A DNA stretch of 64,000 nucleotides from Malacoraja senta (taxonomy: Eukaryota). Shown in pieces: positions 26,501 through 38,500 of this stretch. Location: contig CM075990.1 in NCBI GenBank assembly GCA_038087875.1, positions 9,736,001 through 9,800,000 on the forward strand. Direction: 5' to 3'. The translations under genes and the position numbers were made by a program. The stretch's first letter is position 1. Each line of letters starts with the position of its first letter. The notes beneath the pieces are model-generated. The model ran no database searches and had not been told where the DNA came from. It was given only the letters and a program-made list of their open reading frames with translations.

Positions 26501-29500
26501 ATTGTAGTCAATTCATTTTTACATAGGATTAGCAGAACTCAGTATCTTGTCCACTACTTTATCCAATGGAACATTGCATCGAGCCACCGGCTTACAACTG
26601 GAGGCCTGCAACAGAGGTGGTAACGAACTCCAGCACTCTTGATGACAATACACTCTTATTATTAATTGCAGCTATCCCATGGGCTACCGACGATCAAGTC
26701 ATATCTTGTCTTTTTAAATGCAATCCTTTAAAATAGTCAAAATGCCCTTGGAATGCGACAGAAACAAACTCCAAATTGTTGCTCTGTTGGACTGAAAAAT
26801 TGATGATTGGGATAGATTACTTGCTTGTCACATTTTCTGTCAGTACTGAGCACTACTGGATCTGGAACATTAAGGTGAAAGTATACAGTGTGCCACCTTG
26901 ATAGATGTAGTGGACTTTAACCTGAACCTTTGGTTATCTTCTGAGCTAATCCAACGCTAACTCATTCCCACAGCAAGAATTCTAAATGAGGTTGTCCTTT
27001 TATGCACATTTAATGCTGCCTCCCTTGTTGATTAGGAATCTGATTATTCTGCTTCGTAAGAGAGAGATGAAGGTTGCGACACGATTTTATTCTGAAATTC
27101 TGTCAAAGTTCAGCTGACCTTGTATTTAGCTACTATTTATTCAACCCTTATTTGTTGCAGCAAGCGATTTTCAGTCTTTCTGCAACAGTCTTGCAATGGC
27201 TTGCTAAAATAATACACACTCATCACCAGTAGTTGCTAAGGAACACTCCCATGGATTGAATTCAGTAAACACATTGAACATTCCGTAACTGGACATTAAG
27301 GTCCGTTTACTTTGGGCTAATAAAGATTTATTTCAGAGGACAGCAACTATCCTCTGTGAAGTCCTCCTCCAAAAAATAATATTTTTCTTCTTGTTCAATT
27401 GTCTTTGTTTCAGTTCTCTGTTTTCACTGCTAAGCCTCATAAATGTGTTTTTTTTAAAGGTGTTTTTTTTGCAGTTGATCCACAGAATGTTGCCAACTGA
27501 AATTAATCGATCCTTATTAATATGAACATAAACTATTGCCATTGTGAATACTTTAAACAACTACACACCACAGATATTCTGAAAAAAACAAAGGTTTCCC
27601 ATTTAATGCAGCTGGCTCGAAAGATGCATGCATGTCATTTATCCAGCTGACCTGATTTTTATGCTCCTGCTTAATTTGTGCAATTAACTGTCCTGCTGCC
27701 AGGACGCTGACTGCTTGATTTGGTTCCAACTCCCATATTTAACTTTAATTTGATTGCCAGATTACAGGAAAGCAAATTGTGCCACCATGCATAAGAACAA
27801 TCAGTTTTAGTGGAGCTGCTTTCACGCAATGGTGTTTCAGTTATTGTTCAGGAAATGGTTTTGGTCAACCATGATGTCCTTCAACCTTTTGATGTTCTCC
27901 TTTTCAAAACAAAATGTAATTTCTCCTGTTACTTTGTTTTAATATGCAATGGATTCATAGTTGTACAGCACAAAATAGGCCTTTTTTTGCCCAACTAGTC
28001 CCTGCCAACCAATATGTATATCTAAGCTAGACACATAGTGTTGGAGTAGTCAACAGGTCAGACAGCATCTCTGGAGAAAAAGGATGGGTGACGTTTGGTC
28101 ACCTATCCTTTTTCTCCAAAGATGCTGCCTGATCTGCTGAGTTACTCCAGCAGTTTGTGTCTATCTTTGATGTAAACCAGCATCAGCGGTTCCTTTCTAC
28201 ACAGTATTTCTGATCTTATTCTGTCTGCGTTTGGCCCATGTTCCTCTAAACCTTTCCTCTACATGTACATTTTTAAATGTCCTTTAAACACTAAAATTGT
28301 GATTAAACGTGCAATTTATTCTCACGAGTTATAAAGTTGAGATTTGACCATAATAATAACCAGTTTCTCTCTTTTATTATAAAAGCTGTATTTTGTATTC
28401 ACCAATCGTACACAGGGTGAGTCCAGTCACAGATAGCTATACTAATTCTCCCTTGTCTCTGAACAGAGACAACATTCTGGTGCCATGGTGACTTGCTTAA
28501 GGGCCTGTCCCACTTGGGGGATATTTGGGCGACTGCGGAGCGTCAGTGACTGATGCCCGTAAAATCGTCAAGTTGCATGACATACACGCTGACGTATGCT
28601 GTCATGCGGGTGACGCCCGGTTAGGGTTGAGACTGTAAAATATTCTTCCTTCAATGCATGGATTTTAAACATTAATATATTAAAACAAAAAATTGTTTTT
28701 ATTTATTTTTATTAGAAGTAAGTACAATATTATAGTACATAAGTACCTAATACACACTGAGATATTACAGTTCATGTACAACTTCTTATTTTTAATTTAA
28801 CACTAAAACAGAAAATGAAGATAGGAAAAATAGAGGAAAAGAAAGTATCGTAAAAAGTGGTGAAAGTGTTAGTTCGTGAAATGGTAAAGAAAGCCCGAAG
28901 AAAGAAACAAAAAGGTAGAAAATGGTGAAGAGAGAGAAAAAAAAGAAGAAAAAAAAAGAAAAAGAAAAAAAAAGAAGGAAATAAAAAGAGAGAGATTAAG
29001 AGAGATATACCTATTTAATAGCTATTTAATAACTTTACCCACCCCTCACCCGGTTCTGAAACATTTAATTTCTAAGGTTGTGTTGCACCATATGCTTGTA
29101 AAAAGTCGATAAAGGGAGACCAAATCATTAAGAATTGGTCTGCTTTACCTGCTAGGAGGAATCTCATTTCTTCCAGATGTAACATTTCCGACATATTTGA
29201 AATCCACATTTTAAGCGTTGGTGTAAATGCATTTTTCCAAAATTTAAGTATAAGGTTTTTTGCCGTTATTAAGCCATAATTAATGAGAGATTTTTGAAAT
29301 GTAGTTAGCTTGCATCCGTCTTCCATTGTTCCGAAGATAATCAGTTCTGTGCTGGGGTTCAATTTTATGTTAAATAGTTTTGTAAAAATTCCAAAGATTT
29401 CATTCCAGAATTTATAAAGTTTTGTGCAGTAGACAAAAGAGTGCAAATGAAAAGATGTCTGAGTTGTTCAGGTTTATTTATAGGGTATTGGTCCGCTTCC

Positions 29501-32500
29501 ATCCCTCCTTCTCCACTCCCCCCTACCCTTCTTCCCTCACCTCTCCCCCCCATCTTCCATTCCCCACTCTTCCTCCCTTCTCCCCGCTCCACTCTTCTCC
29601 CCCTTATCCGCTACCCCCTCCCCTCGCATCCCCTTCTCCTCCTCTCCTTCCCTTCTCCCATTCTCCACCCCCCCCCCAACCCCCACTTTCCCCAATGCCC
29701 CCCCATTTGTGGACCCAGCCTGCGACCAGCAATCCCCCACTATCCCACTATAAATTGCCCCTAGCGCACACTATCCCACACACGCTAGGGACAATTTATA
29801 CAAACCTGTGCACCTTTGGAATGCGGGAGGAAACCCTAACCCTAGCCATAACCCTAGCCATAACCCTAACTCTAGGTTGATAGGCTTGGTATATGTATAA
29901 ATTGTCCCTAGCGTTTGTGGGATAGTGTGCGGGGGATCGTTGGTCGGTGCGGACTCGGTGGGCTGAAGGGCTCTGTATCTCTGAACTAAATGTGACACAG
30001 GGGTCCCAGGAGTTGGACTCGAACCCCCAATGTTCTGCCTGCTCCTCATGGGAACTAAACTGTTGGTCACGAGTTGTCCCAGAGGCAGATCTCTCTTCAA
30101 ATGGTCTCTCCAAACCCCCAGAGGCAGCGGGCTTTTTAACCGGGTACAGGCAATGTTGTCAATGTACCAGTGCCACCTACCTGCTCCAGCCACTGAGTCT
30201 AAATACCCACCACCCATTTTGAAGCAAGGCGAGGGGGGGGGGGGGGGGGGGGATGTTGTTCCCAAAGTCTGCATTAATCCCATTGTCAATGTTAATAAAA
30301 CAGATGATGTGGCCTTTGTGCAGCACTATAAGTGGGATCTAGCTGTCACAGGCTGGGTCCACAAATGGGAAGAGGGGAGAGGAGAGTTCAGTCTACACTC
30401 ACTGAATCCATCCTTGTTAAAGTTATAGAGACGGTGATTGCATCTGGAAGCGGACCAATACATCTATAAATAAAACTGAACGACTCAGACATCTTTTCAT
30501 TTGCACAATTGATTTTATTGTATTAATTTTAATATATTAATGTTTAAAATCCATGCATTGAAGGAAGAATATTTTACAGCCCATCTGTGGTCCCTAACCC
30601 CAACCCTAACCGGGCGTCACCCACAGGACAGCATACGTCAGCGTGTGACAGGGTGCACGACATGATGAGACACCCAAATGTTGCCGCAGGATTTTGAACA
30701 TTCCAAAATCCTGGGGCGCCAGGGAAGCACCGCGCATTACCGCGCATCACTGCATGCGTCACCACATCTCACCACGTGTCACGACCCGACCAAGACGCGA
30801 CAAACTCTTTTTAGGCTGTCGCCTAAATGTCGTCCAAGTGGGACGGGCCCTTTAGTTATTCACCTTTTCCCAGGTTTCTAGATGGTGCTTTCGTTGGTGT
30901 TTAACACTTGTTAGCTATCCATGGCTTAAAAGTAGTTAATTTACAACAGAAGACTTGCACACCATCTTGTGGAGGAAAATTGCTATGGCAGACGCTTCTC
31001 CCAAACTAAGCTTGTGCTTCTCTCTCATTGAGCCCACTTTTCAGCCACTGAGTATCACAGAGTTGGAATTTGATAGCTCTGTCTTTGTGAAAGGCCATTG
31101 TTTGTAAGAACGTGGATTCACGGCTAAATAAATGGCATTTGAGGTGGACCACTTGGATCACAGGTTTTAACATAGCATGTCGATACTTATTATTTAATTC
31201 CTCTGTTATAATGAAAGTCAACTTTCATCAAATATTTGGTGAACAAACCGTGCACTTAATACTTCTACTGTTTGTTCGCATGACCTGGAAGTTGAAAATA
31301 AGAATGAAATCATTTGAACACTGCAACTCTCCAGATCTGGAGCTGTAGACAGCTGTTGAAATTTTGCCTAAAGATGTTAAACCACTGTAGAGAAAGATAC
31401 TGGTTTACAGAAAGAGATTTGAAGACTGGACCATTGTCTCAGTTCCCAGCTCGACCATATAAAAAAATTAATTAGTTCAGATTTGCTACTGTGGTTGACT
31501 CGCTGCCTCGGCAAGGCCACCAGCATAATCAAGCACCAGTCTCTCCCTGGACACTTCCTCGTCTCCCCTCTCCCATCAGGCAAAAGGTGCAGAAGTGTGA
31601 ATCTGAATACCACCAGATTCAGGGGCAGTTTCTTCCCAGCTGTTATCAGGCAACTGAACCATCCTATCACCAACTAGAGAGCGGTCCTAAGCTACCATCT
31701 ATCTCATTGGAGACCCTCAGGCTATCTTTAATCAGACTTTACGGGACTTTATCTTGCACGAAACATTATTCCCTTTATCCTGTATCTGTGCACTGTTGGT
31801 GGCTCAGTTGTAATCATGTATAATCTTTCCACTGACTGGATAGCATGCAACAAAAAGCTCTGTATACATGACAATAAACCAAACTAAGCTAAACTAAAAA
31901 AAAAGAAAGGAGGTACTGGGGCATACTGCTATTTCCTTGCTGCACATTTTTCTGCTTCCACATGGCCCCCCTGTGTGGCTTACAAGGGTGGCAGTTCATG
32001 GTTCTTTTCTGCATACTCATTAATGGGAGGAAAATCTAGTTTGGTACTGATGCAGGCTGAAATAATCATTTTGACTAGTTTGACAAAGTCAAAAAGTAAA
32101 TCAGGAAATACAATGGCACAAATCATGTTGTAACACCAAATAGGAATGGTGTGAGCATTTGTTCATCTTATATTTTTCCATATTTTTTTCCCTTCTACCC
32201 TGCATGTGAGGTTAAGGTGCGGTCTGTTTTTCTGTGTAATTCTTCCGGTGTTGTTGAGATGGCAGGTGGAATAGGAGAATGTTCCTCCGTTGGGATTGTG
32301 GAAGTTAGGGAGATTTCCAATTTCCCTGAAGACTACACCTGCAGTAAGTCAGTTCAGCTGCAGCTCCTTAAGGACCATGTTAAGGAACTGGAGCTGCAGT
32401 TACAATGAGGTGGTCATGCCAAACGTTCAGGGAGGAAGTGGATGGGTGACTATCAAAATAGGAAATAGTCAGAGAGTGCAGGAGTCCCTGGGGCCATTCC

Positions 32501-35500
32501 CCTCCATGACAGGTATGCTCCTTTGAATACCGTTGTGGGGGAAATCTAGCCAGGAGAGCAGCAGTCTTCCAGTCTTCGGTGTAAACAGACTGTGATCAAT
32601 TTTTTCGATAATTACAAAGGAAAAGTTTAGTCCGAATTAATGTAGGCATACTATAGACAGGTGAACTTTAGATGAAGAAATAAGGAAATATCGGAAAAAT
32701 TAAACAAATATTTTGTGGAAAAAGACACCAAATATCATCCAGAAATAATGAAGAATGATAGGTCTAAAGTGAATGAAGAGCTCAAATAAATCAGCATTAG
32801 CAAAACAGATATTGGAAAAAATTAATGGAATTAAACCAATAAATCCCCAGAGTCTGAAGAAGGGTCTCGACCCGAAACGTCACCTATTCCTTCGCTCCAT
32901 AAATGCTGCCTCACCCGCTGAGTTTCTCCAGCATTTTTGTCTACCTTCGATTTTCCAGCATCTGCAGTTCTTTTTTAAACACTCCCCAGAACACAATCAC
33001 TTGAATCCAGTGCACTGGTTATCATATTCCAATATTCTGTAGACTATGGAACAGTTCCCACAGAATGGGAGACAAAGTAACCCCATGATTTAAGTAGCTC
33101 AGTTAACCTGACATGAATTAAGAATCTACTATCCAGGAATTGATCGCAAAGTTATTTAAATATTTGTTCTATTTCAGTTTGACGAACATCATTGGATCTC
33201 CTAACAGGTAGCAGTTGCCAGATCAGAATGCTTAATTTAATGCAGATTCAGATTTCTTTATTGTTATATACATCAGGGTGCAATGAAATTCCTGTTCACA
33301 TGATTATCACAGAGATGGCAGTATACATACAATAATGATAACTACAACAGAGTGCAAAAACATCAGAGTGGTGCAAGATTGTTGGGCAAAAAAAAATTGA
33401 AGTACAAAAGTGCACAAGAAAAGTACAATAATGGAATAGCTGAATGAGGTAAAGGTCAAAGTAAGAGCACATGGCAACACATCCAGGATGTGTGTAGAAA
33501 AGAGGTTCAGGAGTCTCAGCGTAGTGTGGAACAAGCTATTCCTAAGTCTGGACATCTGAGCTCTCAAGCACCTATTTTCTCTCAGAAGGTAGAGGAGAGA
33601 AAAGGGAATGGCCTGGGTGGCAGGTATCCTTGACGATACTTGGTATTGGTTTATTATTGTCAAGTGTACCAAGACACTGAAAAAACATTGTTTTCCAGTC
33701 AAATCATACCATACATGAATACATCAAGCCATTCACAAGTAGTGCAAAGAGAAAAATACCAGAGTACAGAATATAGCATTTTCCAGCTTTCCTGATGCAA
33801 CCCACCATAACGATGAACTGGGTGAAAGGAAGGAAGTAACAAACTAGACTGTGTTCATCACTCTCTGCAGGTTCAGGCATTCATGAGCACAGCATTTGTC
33901 ATATCAGGCTGAGATGAATCCCATCAAAATACTTTCTCTAGTGCTTCTATAGAACTAAGAGTGAATTGTCGTGAATTGCTGCTTTTGGGAAAAAACACTT
34001 GGCGGTTGAGACTCCTTTATTGAGGAGTCTAAACTTCCACAAATTCTCCAGTACCTAGGCTAAGAAATCTACTCTGGCATAAGTACAGCAAGCCCATTCA
34101 ATTGTTTGGCAAAGAGCAGCCAATAGAAGATAGTTTCCTATATTTCATTGAGATGATTTAAATGTATTTTATTGTTTTCTAATAATTTCACTTATTTAAA
34201 TTTGTAAGTTTTTAATTTTGAATGTTTATAAATGTAAGATATTTGTGAACAATTAATCTACGATGAAGCCGTGATAGAGTCACAATCATATAACGCGGAA
34301 AAAGTCCCTCAGCACAAATCGTTCATGCTGACCGGTTTTTATAGCTAAAATCATCCCATCAGCCTGCACTTGGCTCATATCCCTGTGAATATCTATACAC
34401 AAGCTTGGGTGTGTAAATTAATTTTTTGTCCAAGTAATTTTGAGGTTGGGGCTTCCCACATTGGCTTGAAGAGACCGTGCAACTCACTAGTCAGTTGATG
34501 ACCAGGTTTAAAGGGGAAGATATCCCTTGGCTCCAGCCCCTGATAAATTGGGTTTGACATCAAGCAATCAGACAGCACCCAACATGTCTTTAAACAGGCA
34601 CATTGAATGTATTACCCTTTGCATTGCAGCAGCTGAAGCATAAAGATGCAGTTTTAAATTGCTACTCCAGAAAGTTGAACATGAACATCCACACCACCAC
34701 TTCTTCTTCTTGCGTATGGCGTGCACAACCTAAAGTTGTAAGACAACTTGTTCTGTTTGATCTTCTGTTGTGCACACCAGGTTGATTGCATTCATTGAAA
34801 CAGGGTGGACCACTCCATTGAGTGAAGAATACTGTACTATGAAAGGTGGCAATTTTTTTTTTGCCGGGATATGTTGAAGTGTTTGGGTACTCTGCTCAAG
34901 TAGATTTAAAAGACCTCATGATATAATTTGGAACAAGAACAGGGCACTCTCAAGTTTTTTAAATTACTATTATCACTCAACTAATGTCAGTAAATGTCTG
35001 GCCATTGTTTCATTTTTATTTGTAGGATTGTGCTTGGTAGAAATTGGCTGCTATATTTTCATCATACTGCAATGAATTAATATGAAAAATCTTGTAAAGT
35101 TCCAAGGAATAATGAGCTTTTGAAGGGCTCTATAAATTCAGGTCTTTCTTTATACAGTCCCTTCTGCGCTAAATTCAGTTTCTTTTAGATCAGGATAGCA
35201 TTTTGCACAATTTATTTCACCAATATATCTTTCATTTTATCAAAAGGCAAATAGACTCATCTTGGATTAAATAATATTTCAGAAATGTCCTTTTTCAAGC
35301 TAGAAATAGAAGTGTAGTGCTATATATGCTACGATGAGCTCACTGAATGTTGCAGTTCTGTTTTGTACCGTCTATATACTTTGGGAAGCTTTCATGTCCC
35401 TGAATGGTATAAACATTGACCTTCAGTGTCTGATGGTTAATGTATTCCTGGAAGAGCAGTATAGCAGCTGTCTTTGACAAATGCTTGGTATAGTTGATGA

Positions 35501-38500
35501 GAACACAAGTTAGTTCATCCCCACATACTCTTAACATTTGAACTTGGCAAGTTGATGGGTGAAATTAGTTAGTGATGTGCTGTTGTCTAGACACAATATT
35601 GGATTTTGGTGAGTTTATAATGCTTTTTGCTGTTCATCTATTAATTTAAACAATGAAAACTTTGGATAATTCTGTTAATGCTCCGTTGGAACTCTCAGAT
35701 ATCAAGTAGAGTGAATCGAATTGGCTGAACGTGTGAGATGATGGAAAGCTGAGATGTGTTGTACCTCTGGCAAGACAACAGACCCTTCCGTTCACAATGT
35801 GTTGAACATGATACCAAATTAAACTAATCTCCCCTGCCTGCATGTCATTCATATCCCTCCATTCACTGCACATCCATGCGCCTATCCAAAAGTCTCAAAC
35901 ATAATGGAGGAGGTTGGCATGTTGACTGAAAAGAAAGTTTCTGAAAGTGTTAAGATACCAAACCATTGCTTGACTAGACCGTGGAACAGCTGCTCAATTT
36001 AGAAACAGATCCCCAGATGTTCGAAGAAGACTTTATAATATCGACTGGACTAGAACCATCTTTGCTGTATCTGAATTCGGTGCCTAGATGGATGCTGGGT
36101 GATCTATGCTTACATTGTATAAGCGTAGTGGTTATAGCAAAATAAATGTCATGGGTAGTTAAGTCTACAATATTGCACTGGGTCCAGAGTCACATATAAA
36201 CCAGACTTAACGCTGCATTTCTAACTCTGAACTAACAATTTCTGAACTATGTGGGTGGTTTCTGTTATTGAGGCCAGATTTGTTTTATAAATTCCAGATT
36301 ATTTAATTCACAATTTAAATTTCATCTTTATCATGGTGATATTAAAACTTGCATCTCCTCGTTGTTCATCAAGCCTTTGGATTTTCAGTCAATAATTTAA
36401 TGGAGATGCCATAAGCAATACCCCCTTACTAATGTACAGTTGGTTGCACTACAAACATGTGTATTTCTGAATGTTAGACGTTTAGTCAGAATTGTCTGGC
36501 AACCTGAATAGCAGTCTGAATTTACCCCTTGCCTGTCAGGCAGAAACCCATGTAGAGACAAATTGTTACGTTTTAGATGAGAGATCTTATTTCTGGAGAG
36601 TTTCTGATGAAGGGCACTAAATTGAAGAAACACTAACTCCATTTCCCCCTCCATAAATGTTGCCTAACCTGGTGTATTAAGAATTTTGTGTTTCTATTTC
36701 AAATTTCCAAAATTTGAGTATTTTGCTTTTGTTCTTAAAAAATAGTTGATTTTTGAAATGAAAAAACATCATACAATAGTCAAACAGTGTTAGATACTGC
36801 TCACACATAGATACTTTATACAAAATAAGACCAAATCCTAAATAAAATGGTCAGGTGTAGTTCAATTTCATAGTGTAATGAAGGAGGTCCAGATCACATT
36901 TAATTTTCTTTATTGGCAATCCCTCTGGGTCAAGAATGATTTGCTTCTACTGCATTTCTGAAAGTTCTAAGGTGGCTGATGAAGCCCAAGTGGGAACCAA
37001 GCATGCAGCTTGTCTTTGACAGATTGGGCGAGTAGTTTGGTAGTTTATGCTCCTACTTTTCTTTATCAGCTTCCATTTGCTCCCAATCAAGGGACCTATT
37101 ATTTTTTCCGTTAAACATTCCTTCTTCATTGCCAGGTTTTCCCATGAGTCAGTGGTATGTTATACTTTTCAATGCAACTTTGAAAAGATACTTGAATTGT
37201 TTTCTCTATTCATCTGGCAATCTCTTGCCTTGACGGTGCTCAGAATAGAGTGCCTGGTTCAGGAGCTTGCTTTCAAGATGTGCACAATGTGGTCTGCCAC
37301 TGGAAACTGACTGAGTGTTGGGGCCTCAATGCTGGGGCTGGGAGAAGGTGGCTCTCATAAGAGCAATCAGTTTGGCAGATTTGAAGAGATAATAATGATG
37401 ATGACAAATTTTACATTTTGTTCATTTAGATGAAAATTACAGTAATCCCATGCGAAGTGAGTTGGATGAGCTGGAAGAGGAGATTAAAAGAAGAACTAAA
37501 GAGGAGGAACTGAGAAGAAAGAAACTGAGGGAAAAGGAAGCAGCAATGGTATTTAATCCCCGACCGAGCAAGTTCATGGACCTGGATGAACTACAAAATC
37601 AGGGTGAGCGCTTCCCTGCCGCTTGGTGTGTGACCTGTAATATTACATTTATTTGAAGTTAATATGAACAGAAATGAATTTATGGCTAAACCTCTAGGCC
37701 TCTAATAAACTATCACAGTAGAGATCTGATGCAGGAAATCCTTTCAATTTTATACTGTCTCCACTCTTTAAGTGGAAGATCATTTGACCTAACTGTTGAC
37801 TTCTGCCGTTACCCGTGTTTGCCTATTCCATTTTGGAGAGCTTTTGAGGATATTGTGCTCCCCATATTCTTGGTACCATCATCATAGAAGTTCATATAGA
37901 CTCCAAGAATTGTTGCTGAGTAGTCTGGTAATGATTGGTGAATGATAATATTTATGCCCACTAGTTTCTGAATTTGGTTTTATGCTGGTCAGATTCATAA
38001 AGTTATACAGCATGGAACCAGACCTTTTGGCCCTCGTCCATATTGACAATGATGCCTATCTATGTTAATCCCATTAGTCTGTCTTTGGCCCATATCCCTC
38101 TGAACATTTCCTATCCATCTGCCTATCCAAATGTTTTTTAAACGTAACTGTACCTGCCTCTACTATTTCCCCTGGCTTATTGTTTTATTGCAGTTAGTCA
38201 TACTTTAATTGCATTGATTAAATTGGAATGTGATGTCATTTTAACATAAATCCATTTATTTTTCCTCATTTTCTACCACTTCCAAATCTCCCTTTCCTAT
38301 TTCCCCAAATTGGCCCTATAGTGGATTTGATCTGATTGTCACTGCATAAGGCTTTGGTGTTTTTCACTCTTTCTGTGTTGGTAGAGCTATTTCAACGTTA
38401 CAGCTCGTGAATAGTGCAAAGCTGTGTATATTGCAGGATTGGAGTTGGTGCGCTTTTAGTGCGGTGTGATCCACCCATCCAGCACTAATGATTTCCTGGA

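Larger units (their letters stand above)
32255..33120 (+). mobile_element. Old degenerate CR1 (ORF1 and ORF2 remnants)
   Basis: ECSSVGIVE...[24 protein letters not shown] (CR1 ORF1-like); later remnants of NVG, LNKYF and KSP motifs. Confidence 0.6.

Noticed and set aside
28416..28491. Possible exon after cacag| ([24 protein letters not shown])
   Set aside because: Open only in phase 2; the phase-1 frame required by the upstream exon stops immediately
29365..30428. Cluster of Pro/Gly-rich ORFs
   Set aside because: Produced by C-rich and G-rich low-complexity sequence and repeat fragments inside the DNA transposon
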